Made by a program: the position numbers and the translations under genes. A stretch of 64,000 bases of DNA, from NCBI GenBank assembly GCA_030141605.1, contig JAQGDQ010000095.1, forward strand, positions 62,001 to 126,000. Direction: 5' to 3'. Source of the stretch: Tubiluchus corallicola (Eukaryota; Animalia; Priapulida). Below are positions 14,963 through 27,593 of this stretch, piece by piece. The notes beneath the pieces were generated by a model, which worked only from the letters and a program-made list of their open reading frames with translations, was not told the DNA's origin and ran no database searches. Position 1 is the stretch's first letter, and every line of letters starts with the position of its first letter.

Positions 14963-16363
14963 CAAAGAACACAGACGATCCTGTGTTTAATTTATTGAAA
15001 CACAGAAGCTTGGCAATCATTTGCCTCATGATAGAGACGAAAAATTGTTTTGCAGTTTTTTGTCGCTTCCGTGTAGTTATATAAATCGCTTATACTATGC
15101 CACCCCCTTAATAGAGATTAATTTTGACTAATAATCTTAATAAACCTCCAATACCTCATAAAACGTGCGGTGTAATCGTTAAAATGGTTATCCATCATGT
15201 TGATGATTTCATTTCGAGCTTTTCTTTCGTTTTTTTTTCAGTTTTATTTGCGCTATAAAGACAATTATTAGTTACCTTGCTAGCAGATGAACTTGGTTTT
15301 CCCCTTTTTAGAAGAACTTTAATTCTATAAAGAGATAAATTCGTTCGTTTGAAAAATTCAACGTTTTCTGTGATGCAATAGTTAGAGTAATCGGTGGAAA
15401 TTTGGGTTCTAATACCAGCCGACAAAAATCCATGTTTAATTATTTATTTTATTTGCTCGTGACAGTGTAGCAGAAAATTTTAATTCATTTACACAGTCTA
15501 ATTCGATATTTCAAGTTTACAGGCCCGTGGAACAAGCGAGTTATTAACTTATTATTGTGTGGCAGCTTCTTAAAGGCACGTTACATATGGAGCTTTGCAG
15601 TGAATTCTTACAAAGTTGCAGCGTCTAAATGGACGTTTTCTTATTGATATCTTTCCTAAGCCATTATATTAAAGCGTTTGTTCGCCGCTTCATTTTCTGC
15701 ACGTGACATGTTTGCACCTTTTCGAAATTACCAGCGTCAGCGTACCTGACGCAACACTAGGGCTAAATTGATCTTTGCACACATCAATAAGTTGTTTTAC
15801 CTTCGAAACCGTATCAGCGAAAAGCGCGCCAGACTCTAATCGATGAATAAACCTAGGAGATGATAAAGAAGGTGTGATGGGAGTGATATTTTACAAATTT
15901 CCATTCAGTCACAATCGGGAGCTCTACAGCGTGCACCGCTGCATGGTATCTTCCTGTTTGGCGTGCAAGTGACAAAAGATTATCAGTTTCATATGTGTAT
16001 TTTCAATTCCGATGGAAGATTTAGCGGGAATTTCTTATAATAGTATAATTGATGGCCTATGGTGCAGGAGACAGTTTGGACGGACTTGACCACAGTTTGA
16101 TTGTTCTTTGATAAGTTGGAGTTTTTGTCACATTTTTGGTTGGTTACCTTCTATCCATGTTAACCCAGCCACCCACTGTGATTACAGCGTCTTTCCCACA
16201 CAATGACAACAATCTGATAGTCATTAATCCTTGATTAATAAATTGTCTTCGAATTCTCTGAATTTGTTTTGGCAATGAAGTTGTTAATTGGTAACTGGTA
16301 AATTGAATGTGAACAATTTTTATTTTCTGTTGGTAGTTTATTTTGTCGTTATGCACGGTACAG

Positions 16364-16947
16364 TTTTTGGTCGAGGGACTCGACCCAAATCACTACTATT
16401 TGGATGTTGCTCTTGTTGTTCTTATTCTTATTATTCTTGTTGGCGGATGACTTTTGGGATTACTAGAACGAATTTTACATTGACTGACTTAGTTCGGTTT
16501 TCGATCTGCCAATTTTAATTCAAGATGGTGTTGATGACATCATTTTCAAAAAAGCTCAAGTCTCCGCCAATTCTCAACAGATATATTAGAATATACTCCG
16601 CATCGAGTGACGTATTTTTGATACGCAATTTCGAATTCAAGATGGCGGCAATAACGTCGTGTTTAAAAAAGGCTACTCCTCCACCAATTTGCAATGGATC
16701 GCCGTGAAGCTTTATAGTATCACACTAGAATGAATTGGGCACTGATTCACAGAAACGAAATTTCGATTTACCATCAAAATTCAAAATGGCAACATTGATG
16801 TCGTTTTCCAAAAAAACCTAAAAATCTAAACCTGTGAACGAATATGCTAGAACAAATTTCGCATCTATCGGCAGAGCAAGATTTTTTATCCACAATCTTG
16901 AGTTCAGTGAGTCCCTCGACCAATAGCTCAAATCGAACTTGACTTGT
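16364..16947 (+). mobile_element. HINE / DINE-1-like non-autonomous Helentron (Helitron2-type) element, apparently complete
   Basis: T-run at the 5' end. 15-bp subterminal inverted repeat TTGGTCGAGGGACTC (16367-81) / GAGTCCCTCGACCAA (16909-23). 5' palindrome GGTCGAG-gga-CTCGACC. (TTC/TTA) microsatellite. Three diverged internal units containing aattcaa(g/a)atgg. 3' hairpin CAAATC-gaactt-GACTTG (16929-46). Confidence 0.75.
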
Positions 16948-17200
16948 ACAGTATACATTTTTGTCTCTCTGTAATAGTTAGCAATGGCATATTTCGTATC
17001 CCAAGGTTTCTAGGTTCCATAATTCTTATAAAGACTTTTTCGTACAGCGTAACTGGACAGGCCATTATCCCCGCTCAGCCTTTTCAAGTTAGGAGTTGAC
17101 CAAAAAATTCTGAGCGCATAAAGCCTGTCTTCTATGCTACAAATTAAAATATATTGTGGAAACATTATAAGCGTAATAAACGTTTGTATTTATGAATATA

Positions 17201-17665
17201 GGTAAAATGGTACAGGATAAAATGGCACACGAAAAATGGCCCAAATGGAAAAGTAGGTTTAAATGGCACGGGTAAGATGGCACAGGAAAAATGGTACACT
17301 TAGTAATATATGTGCTTAGTGTTAGGGTTACAGTGCGGTATAATTATTTTAGTTATTCTTACCTCTGCCAAGGAAGTTATGCTTCAACACAGTTTATTTG
17401 CTTGTAGGTCTGTTTTGGTTTGTTTTTTGTCTGTAATGGCAGTAAGCCTATTACACAAAAACTATCTAACAGATTTCCAAGAAACTTTGTGAAAAAAGAT
17501 GGGTATAGAGGACCAAAATGGGAATCTTTCTGCCGGCCCTTTTAGTAAAACTTGACCGAACACCACGTACAAAAAACGTTCGTGAAGTGCCATTTTTTTC
17601 CTGTGCCTTTTTTAACCGCCATTTTTCCTGTGTCATTTTTACCTGTGCCATTTTTACCGCGCACC
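17201..17665. mobile_element. Foldback-type MITE with tandemly repeated terminal subunits
   Basis: Left arm has about 6 copies of a ~15-nt unit gg(t/a)aaaatggcaca (17201-17298). Right arm has about 5 reverse-complement copies tgtgccattttt(a/t)cc (17587-17658). Internal gttagggtta. Confidence 0.75.
17359..17527 (+). mobile_element. 5' fragment of a second HINE-like family nested inside the foldback element
   Basis: ttacctctgccaaggaagttatg + degenerate (tttg/tctg) microsatellite + attacacaaaaacta...gatttcca.gaaactttgtgaaa. Resembles, from memory, the widespread TTACCTCCGCCAAGGAGGTTATG Helentron-associated elements. Confidence 0.55.
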
Positions 17666-20600
17666 ATATTTATGATTCTCGCCAATATAGGGAAAGCTGT
17701 AATTCAGTTAGATCTACGTAAAAAAGATCTCAAACTTCATCACTATAAACACCCCGAAGGGCCTTGTGTTCCTCCTGGGTTGCATGAGCCTTCCGCCCAG
17801 TAAATGCCTGCTGCATAAAGTACTAAATATAGACTGAGCACGCTGTAATGCAGACTACATTACCAACTAGATTAATTATAAATTAGTATAATACTCGATA
17901 TAACAATACAAAACACGATTTTCGTTTAGCGGCTTAAACAGTTTTCTGAATGATCATGGCTGAGTGTCACTGTTCATCTTTTCCAATCTTTGTCCTGGCG
18001 TGGAAGGATGAACTAGAGTAGTTCAGGAATCAGTCGACTGAGGTTTTTTCTAGCTGGCTTGCAGGCTATGAACCAGTCTGAATCAGTTTTATTGTCTGAT
18101 TCTGTTTTCATTGAAATCACAATCGCAGCAAGGATATATTCACACTACTGTGAATTATAAGTGGTCATTTACTGAGGTCTGCCATGCAAAGCGTGGAGAA
18201 ACGGTAAGTTAATAACTTCAGCTCTAATCATTTTAATGACTCAGAAATTTTATTTCGCGGCTGAGTTACTATGAAATAAAATCTTATCGCGTATAATGTT
18301 ATAATTGTGTAGTTCAGCCATTATGACATTTTATTTGTGTACGTTAGCGGCCATTATGATGTAATCGGTCATTTCCGGCGACATGCGTGGTCATTGCTTT
18401 TCTCTCACGCACGCTGTTCCGTAGATGCGTACGTGCGTGCGCATTCAACAGAGTGCTACTTGAGCTATCATGGAAAATTTTCTCGTCCTTCATTTAAAAT
18501 ATCTTCTGTGCGCACTGCTTGAGAAATTGGCTCCGATTCCGATAGGCAGATTTAGTCACATTTCAGCTGGTCACATGCACCCAATGCTGACAGTCTTTTT
18601 ACGCTCTGCACTTGTTGTCAGACATTAATTAATCAGAAAATACCTGTCGCTTTTGGGTCTGCTGACCTTTTTTTGATTTAAAGCTTTCTGCCTTCTGTTA
18701 AACTTATTTGGCATATCGCTACAATAGTCTGCAATTTTCTTGGTGCAACCTTCTTCTGAGATCGTCAATTAGTCAATAGAATAAGCTGGACCAATATATT
18801 GCCACTGAACGCCAATTTAATTTTGCTTTTATATCTATTTTCCAATGAAACCTTTCAGTGGCTTTTGATCTCCACTTATACTTCATTGTAACCTTGCAAG
18901 CTTACTAACCCTTGATTTCCTGATGTTTACTTGCTGTATGTGCTTCTCACTCGAATCTTGGTCTTGCGTTTTTCTGTGTGAATGAATTTGACCCCTTTAG
19001 CCTAATGTCACTCAACAGTTTTTGCATAATATATATTAGCATCCCTGCTAAATTGTACAATTGAACTAAGCTTAAGACCGAAGGTAATAGACGAGTAGTG
19101 ACAGTGTGTGTGATTCGCGACTGGTAAGTAGCGATATAGGTCTGTTTAGTAAATTGATTAAAGACCACGTTCCCTTAAGCAGTTGATACGTTAAACGTAA
19201 TACTGCCTGTGCCCCTATATAAAAGTATAAGTACGTAATGTGTTGACCAAGTAGAAGGAAGTGACCAGAAAAGTGTCATACCATAGGTTAAGTTGATACA
19301 GGAAGTATTATAGACGTAGAGGAAACAGATACCATAACAGAATTCTGACAATCAAAACTTCACCGCAGTTATGTGTACGACTTTGCAATGGTTGTGATTA
19401 TGATGTATCTCAATGACGATTTTTCTATGCTTCTTCGTGGGCAAATTAATACAAATTACTCCTAACCTCCTGTTCGTAGCAGTATCATTTACAAAGAAAT
19501 ATTAAGGCCAGTCTCGCATCTGTATACATTACAAAGTTTCGCAAATTACAAAGTTAGGTTTCTACATTAACATTTCAGTCTTTGAATCTTGATAAAGCTG
19601 TCCTGATTTGGCTCATTGTTTATCACGGAGATTATCTCAGGCATGTGACAATCATAGCATTATGTATGTAATGTAAATGACTTCAATGACAGAGGTTGAT
19701 TATAAATGTGAATCTTAATGAGCTGTTTCCATAGCAACATGCACTCAGCATGTGTTTTATTACACAGGTTGGCTTCATAAGATTTCTTGGCACGTAAATT
19801 TTTTACTAGAAATTGATGAAACTTGATAACTGCATGAGTTACTTCAATAATTGGCATTGTAGAGTAAAGCAGGAAGGCGCATTTGCAATATTGCATTATA
19901 TGTACCAGTTTTTGTACATACAGTGTACAAAATCATCAAAGATAAAAATTTGCTTTTTCATTTTTTTGTAGTTGTAACTTACTTATGTCCTTTTTACGTA
20001 TACCAGAGGGAAGCATTACTTTTGTCGTTTTTGTCGCTACTCACTCACTACTATACTGTAAGGTTTGCTATTTAACTGTACATGAAAGCGTTTATGTTAC
20101 AATGCAGTTGGCAATTGAAATTCCATAACAACGTTAGCACTCATGTAAATAAACTTATTGTTTCACTGTATCTTAATTGTCAGTAAAAAGATCATTGTGT
20201 ATGTGTCTATCAGTTCCTTATGTTCATTAATCTTTTCGTGGTATGATGGTCGGTTGTTGGTATCAGTGCTTTACGTATAGTATGCAGGTTGTGTTTGGCT
20301 GTGTTTGTGGGATTTCGGTATAAGTACTATGCTATACGCAGCCTCTATGAGATTACTATGATATGGGCTTGCAACCACAGATCTGTGTCATGCTTAGTTT
20401 GGCCACCTGCATAAAAATTTCATTCCTGTGCAGCTATGATTTCTTTTTATTATGCGATTGTGCCAGCGCGTTCAAGAGCTCGCTAAGTGTAGTCAGAATC
20501 TTTTTGCCTTGCTTGATGTTGTTTTACGCCATCAAGAGCTGCATTACTAGCGGAAAATAGGATGCGGCTTCAGAGAAAATAACTAATGGCTTTTCATATG

Positions 20601-23600
20601 GCTCTATATGTGTTCAACAAAGGGTTAATGAAGTACCATCTAGATGACATTTAACCCGTTCCCCCGTGTCATGGACGACATTAAGCCATTCCCATTGGGT
20701 ATATTATGTAAACACAAAATCCTCGCGCACATTAATATTTATTCCACATTTTTGTCCAGGCTGCCCAAAACAGCCTTTAATGATGACATAAAGAGAGAGT
20801 TAGGTCGCGTTTGTGTGCATTGGCAAAACCATTACCGCACTGAGTCACACGCATCGGCTCAACGCTCGAGCAAAAAATTAATCTCATTGCTTTCTATTCT
20901 CTGTCTGGCATAAAATGTATGTGAGCAGAGAACATCATGACTTTGTTGCATGGTCATTCAAGGAAGACTCAGGTGTAATGGTGTGGCAATATCCAACATA
21001 TTTTGTAAATCGTAATATATTTATGTATTACTCTAATCGAGTCATTTCATATCACAGAGTTTTTTCATCAATACCTATGATAAAACATACAAACTTTTAA
21101 AGCTCAGCTCCTTCTAATTATTGACTTATTAATTTTTTAAAACAATGTGTGTGCCATTTGTTTGTTTTTTCGCCAGTGCCTGATTTAAGTTTTTACTTTT
21201 TAGCATGTTTGATCATTCATTCTTTAAAAATGAATGTTGCATGGAGCTAAAATTGGGCACTGTTTGAAAACTCAAATTTTGTCATCACAGATTACAATTT
21301 ACAGATTTTCAGAAGCCACAGCATAGAACCATAGACGATTGGTTTTATAGGCATGTGTTAACAGGCCATACTTAGTCCAATGCTACAATTGTAGTTGAGA
21401 ACCTGCACAAATGAACAAATTATGACTGCGTAGAAATGCTTTCAAAAGTAAATGACAAAAAGTGGCTTCCAGTCTAAGAGATATTTCACTGAAGTCATTA
21501 CAAAGTGCACTGTTTTGTCTACTTGTCCAATTTTCAGCTTTAAGTCAAAGCTTTCTTCTATTTTATAGACCTTCTATTATTACCATATTGGAGATCTGTA
21601 GTTCAGATTGAGCAAAAAATAAAATCTGCTAGTTTATTCTTTTAAACTGCATTAAATGTGTACATATCTAGAATAGGCTAAATATGTTTATTTTGCTTAG
21701 AAATGTTAACAAAGAACCTGAATTACATTATTGTTTATTCATACAACACATAGTTATGAACTACGCATACATAAATAAAAAACTTATATTTAGACTAAAC
21801 TGTCGCATATTATCATTTGCTGAATTTTATCGAGTTTAAGCTATGTATAGTGCAGGTTATAAATAAACTCATATTTTTTACTTGTGTAAGAAGCAGGAGG
21901 AAAATCACCTATAAATTTCTAAATTAACTGTGCTTCCGATGCTTCGTGGAATCATTCTGGTGCCTCCTACATGCTGTTCAGGTGCAGTTCACTCACAGGG
22001 CACATCTTTAGTTCCACACAACATTTTTTTTAAGATATGGTAGCTCAAACATGCCAAAAATGTAAATCAGGCACTCGCGAGTAAAATAAATGGCGTATAC
22101 ACCTTATTTTAAGAAATTAATGACTCAAGAAGTAGGAGGAGCTGGGCTTTAAAACTCTGCACGTGTTCATCACAGGTACTGTGTTATTTGGAAAAAAATT
22201 TCAAGCAAATCTGAAATAGTCAGCTGGAAAGTTTTTAAAAACCTAGGTGAGTTAACATGGAGTGACCTACTTTACAATTTGCAAAGTAAGATTACAAAAC
22301 AAATAAATACAAATTATTCTAAAACAAAATGAAAAGCCTTGTGGTAACATACATATGTTTCTCGATTTTTTACGTAGTTGGACAGTGCATATGTGTGAAC
22401 TAATTGTATCCAATAATCTTCTGTGTCTCAAATAAATTTCGTGTGCACTAGTAAAATTATATATTGTAAACGCGAAAGCACCGATACCTTGCACATTATA
22501 AATGTAGTTTGTTCGATTTTGTAGCTATTCTTTTTCTGTCAAATATAATTAATTAGAAACCGTACTAACTCACTTTAACACTCAGGCACATTTTCGATAA
22601 GAGCATTTGGGTTGTCAGTGGACTCAATCATGTTGTTGGGTTTTTCTGTCTTTTCGTACAATACCTACTTGGCAATTAATTACAATGAAATGTCATGTCG
22701 GAAGGTATTACGTCTTTAGGCTTGATGACCATGATCTGAGATAATCTGGGACGTGTTGTAACGTTCTCTGTAGGATCTTCTGCGGTCAACGAAAGCTAGG
22801 TCAGACTGTGCTAGTTAAATAATACTTTTTTTACGTTTTGCCTTTTTGAAATTATTATGACTCAGGCTCACGCACTTCTTTTAGTCTTATTCTCGTACTC
22901 TTGTCTTACATTTTCGAGACAATGGTACTGACCACATTTCTGTCAAAGTATAACTAAGATCCTAGCCGAACGACTCCATTATATGTACAACGTGCTGGTC
23001 AAAATTGACCTTAACGGTTCAGAAATTCTTTCAACTTCTTAAATTGCGAGCAAAACACCAAACTTTAAAAGTGACTTTGGTTGTGAATTTGCTGTGAAAT
23101 TACCCTAATATAATGACTTGTTGACCAAGAATTCAAGATATGCTTGTTCACAGGGTACATAACCCATACCGAATTTTGTCTATATTGAATTATCAATATC
23201 TTGTTTTGAACCTGCAGTGTTACAATCGTTTGTTGTTCAAATTAGAATAAACGAATAGTATAGCCACCATAGTATTATGTGGAAAAATGCAACTATTCAA
23301 CCTTCATAACTGGGCTTAAGTGTGCGTGAAAACATTGTGGAAAGTTTTGTAGAAAGTTTAAACAGTCCTTCTGATGCGCGAATAAACAATATGATAACAG
23401 TAATGAAGTCTGGTAAACAGTTGTTATCCTTTTTACATTTTCTTAATTTCTGTTCCGCATCGATTGCGCGTAACACCTGGAATGTCTTTTGGCACAATTA
23501 TGTCAATAGCATCTTATGTTTTCACGTAATTGCAATTGTTTTTTTTGCGTTGCCATAGCAACATGCAAGCAGAAAAGGCATATTACACACAAGTTACATA

Positions 23601-25227
23601 CATGTTCAGGTAATTAACTGGAAAACACAATTTGCCTTTATTTGGATATGGGTCCTGCTGGCAGCGCCTGCATGTGAACCTGTAACATAAAATAATAGCA
23701 CCGGTCCAAGCGTTGTATTTTGCTGGACTCCATGCTGCTTGCGGGTGTTGAGCCAGAAAAATTGCGTGCATGGCCTTTTGTGTTGTAGCGTCGTTATTAT
23801 CCAGAAGAGATCCTCAAACAGGATTTCATTAAACATTATTAATTTTTTTATATGTTATGTACATTTATGTGAAATTTAAAAAATTCTCTTCACCGAAACG
23901 CTGTTTTAATTGCATCGTTTTATTAGTGTTTTTTAAACCGAAAAAAGACGCTTGTCTTTTAATAGAACTATTTTTGAAAACCAATTAATCACAGGATTAC
24001 GTTGATTCCTTAAAAACAAAACAGTTTTCAACCATAGACCTCAGGATACAAGTCTAACTAACGTTTTAAGCACTAAACTGATGCTAATTCTTTATTAACG
24101 ATTTCTTAACGCTCTCTTAACGATTTCTGGTTCAAATCCAAATACACTTCCAGTTTTTTTACATTTCTGTTTCAAATAAGTAATAGTTGCGGATATAGTG
24201 AGTTTATTTGACCTTAATTTATAATATTGAAATAAAAATGTATTAATGACCTGCTTTTCCTTAACGTAATGCATGTATCTGTGTTTCCGGCAGTGACAGT
24301 TATTATAAGGAAGTATCGTGTACAACACTGGAGCACACAGAAGTAATTTTCTATCTGGCCAGGAAATGTCGATGAAGATTGTAGCGCGACCAGTGGATAA
24401 AGAGTTAACGCCTTTGTTTCCTGAGAAAATACAGCGTTATGAATCACCTGCTTTATACACTTATAATAACGATAATATTACGTTCGCTATTCAGTGGAGT
24501 TGCATGCTATACTGCAAAGTAAACTGTATGTAGTATGTACAGTTATAGTGTAGGACCACATGCATATATGCACACCTAGTTAGTCCTAAAATCAACTGTC
24601 AAAGTTCAACTAATAAAAATTTTCCAGAATTTAAATCTGTTAGTTTGGGTAAAATCAGCTTGGGTTATATGGATGGATGGTGGATTATATAAGTATGTAA
24701 TTAGTGGCCAAACAATCTGGGTATAGACAGCTAAGATAACTAACAGATTTCAGAAAAGTTGTAATCGCAGTGACCTCGAATGACCTACCAACGTGCGTGG
24801 GTATACAACTATACATGTCTGCAGCTTGTTAGCTTAGTTATCCGGTTTAGGGCAACCCAGATTCTTCAGCCACTGACCAGTAACTGTGGTCAAACGTGTG
24901 CATGCCATGTGTGGCTATGCGGAAATGTAAACTGCTCGGTTCTTCTCTTCATCTTGTCCTAGCTTATGGCTCTCAGCATTTCCAGTACACGAACTGAGAA
25001 ATTAATGGTCACTGGTACGTGGCCTTGCTGATTTTCTAAATGCTAATGCTAATTGGCTTTGAAGGAGGAAGTTGTCAAGCTATGAAGTTTGTAAGAAGAG
25101 CAAACATCAAAAGTCTTTGGACATTAGAAGATGCGTCATTAGCAAGCTGTAATTACACAAATTAGGTAGGCTAATTGATGGCTGGGGCGGTTTAGTTCCA
25201 AAAGGCTGTCATGGTATAGAGTTAGGC

Positions 25228-25261
25228 ATGCAGATTAAGTCGCTCGTTTATTTTTCGAAAG
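25228..25261 (+). CDS. Candidate alternative first coding exon of BCL11 (MQIKSLVYFSK, phase 1)
   Basis: ggcATG start, 11 codons plus 1 nt, consensus donor AAG|GTGAGT at 25262. The phase fits the acceptor at 35980. GGGGCGG box at 25184-25190. No homology support. Confidence 0.2.
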
Positions 25262-26524
25262 GTGAGTAAACTGTAGTTAAAAAGTTAAAGACTACGCTGC
25301 TGACCGTCTGGCTAATTGCAATCATTTGTAAAACACTGTCACTTCCTGGACAGTTACTCTCCTTCATTGTCAAGCAAATCGCTGGGGGTTTGGATTGATG
25401 TGCAAAAAATGTGTAATAAAATTCGGATTCACGGCGGTGACTAGGAATTGTGAAATTTTGTGGTTACTGGCTTACTGGGGTCTAGGTTAATTCGTTATAC
25501 TGGCGATGTAAAAACTGTAAATGAGTGAGCAATTTTAATATTCCTTTTGTCGTCCTATAGGCTTTAACGCATCATTTCCAGGATGTGCCGTAAGTGTGTC
25601 CCTGCGCTTGAGTGAGCATAGATTTATCATCAGTAAAGAAATTTAAATTTTGTTAGAAATACTGTACTGAGAGGCAGATGACAGCCTTTCGTGCAACTGC
25701 TGACACTTGTATCCAGTTAACCATAAGCCACAGTTGCTTGCTCCAGCAAATTTTACGCGTATCAATTGTTATAACTGTTACTAATAATAATCTATAAATA
25801 AGAAAAAAAATAGAATTTGGTGAACTTAGTAATTGTTTCATTCGTTTGTTTGTTGCTTATTCACGCATTCGTTCGTTCTGTAACGCATTCCTTCGTTTAT
25901 CCACCATTTGTTTGTTTGCTTATTTGTTTCTTTAGCCATTCATACATTCATTAATCATGCTAAATCTGTTATAAACCTTTGAACTTGAATAATTACGTTT
26001 TACGTATGACAATGAGTATTGGTATATAGATATGTAATCTGTGACTGGAACGTTTGCTTATTAGTGATAATGATGATGATAGTGATCAAAGTGTGGTCTG
26101 TTGGAGTTAACGTGGGCTCCCCATTTCTATGCACTGCTGTTATTTAAGCTATATACAGGAGCACTAGTCATCGTGATTTTCACTAATGCAGGTAAATAGG
26201 CACTAGGGCAGATATTGTCAGCAGCAAAGCGGATTTTCTAAAGCAAATCAATATCAAGGAAGATTTTCATCAGCGTCCGACAAAAATGCTTCATTACATA
26301 ATCAGTGTGGTTAGCCTAGCTCGTACTCGATCTCGATTAATTGACCGGGCCAGGGATGCAGCCAGCAGTGTTAATTTACAGCGATGAGTCATACGCTGTG
26401 GTGGTAGGGTTTCACTCATTGTGGCCACAGCTGAAATGCTTTTTTATATAATTAACTGAAAAAACAGGAGTGCGAAGAGATTTGCCCGTCTTTTGCTTCA
26501 TCTGAAGCTCATCTGTCCGTCCAC

Positions 26525-26698
26525 ACTCTCTTTAACTCTTCCTATGTCCCTAGTCCTTTCTCTCTATCTTCGCTCTGCTCTCCCCTTTCCCTTCTGCCCT
26601 CTGTCTTCTCTCTTGCTGTTTTTCTCTTTCTTTATCCTTTTCTTTCCCTCTGTTTTTTCTCTCCTGCGCTCTCTGTCTCTCCAACTCTCTTCTTTTCT
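26525..26698. repeat. CT-rich low-complexity polypyrimidine tract
   Basis: Almost purely C/T degenerate (CT)n. Confidence 0.85.
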
Positions 26699-26718
26699 TA
26701 AGCGGAGAATAGGTAACT

Positions 26719-27593
26719 TTAAGGCTTGTTTAATAAAAACTCTTCACACGCAGATATGCTTACCTGTTGGAAAGACGTGTAGCTGGGAAAAAGTGTTTAG
26801 AATTTAAAATGTTTGCGCCAACTGATAAGTCGCTGGCTCACTATCCCAGTGTGCACCAAAAACGCCACTGGTTCCCTAAAAAATACATTATGAATCTTAT
26901 TGACAAGATAAAGTAATTTGTATTTTTACTTAGTTTTCAAAAAATAAGTCATAGTTATATAGTGGTACTTACTTACCCCTAATGTGAAAGTGTTAGCTAT
27001 GCTTTACTTATTTTTTCGAACTCTACGCAATGTTATCTAAATCTTCTTCGAGTTTTTAGTCAACGACTAGGTGCGGAGTTTAAATTTGCAAGTTTTATTC
27101 AGTTTCGTTGCTAATAGAAGCTCTATGTGTTATAAAACAGCATGGTAATACAAACTTTCAAGACAAACTTTTTAGCTTTATATAAGAATCCTGTTTTCCT
27201 GCCTTTAAACGTACGCTGTGTAAAACTTATAAATTTAAACTCTCGCGCTGACATGGCGCAGCCATTTTAACAGTCGGCCGTGTCGAGTAGATTGAAGTAT
27301 TGCGTTGAGTCAGATAATATTGCGTAAAGTTCGAAAAATAAGTAGAACATCCGTAGCAAACACTTTACTAGCTAACCTTTATCTTGTCTGTAAGATTAAT
27401 ACTACGTTTTTGCGAACCAGTGGCGATTTTTATACGCACAGGGATAGTGAGCCAATGACGTTTTACCAGTTGACATGAACGTTTCAAATTACCAAGAGTT
27501 TTATTTTCTAGTTACATATGTCTTTCAAACAAGTAAGCGTAATGCTGTAAACAGCACAACTTTGTACGGAAGATTTTTGTGGCATACTTTTAA
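26719..27593. mobile_element. Long palindromic (foldback) TTAA-flanked MITE, family B
   Basis: Nested reverse-complement blocks: tggctcactatccc / gggatagtgagcca; cgccactggttc / gaaccagtggcg; gacaagataaag / ctttatcttgtc; tacttattttttcgaact / agttcgaaaaataagta; gagtttaaattt / aaatttaaactc. TTAA at both ends. Confidence 0.8.

Noticed and set aside
17201-17658. CRISPR-like short repeat array
   Set aside because: The units are contiguous with no unique spacers, the arms are inverted, the context is eukaryotic and there are no cas genes.
26493-26807. Hydrophobic 104-aa ORF
   Set aside because: Translation of the CT-rich tract running into a MITE.
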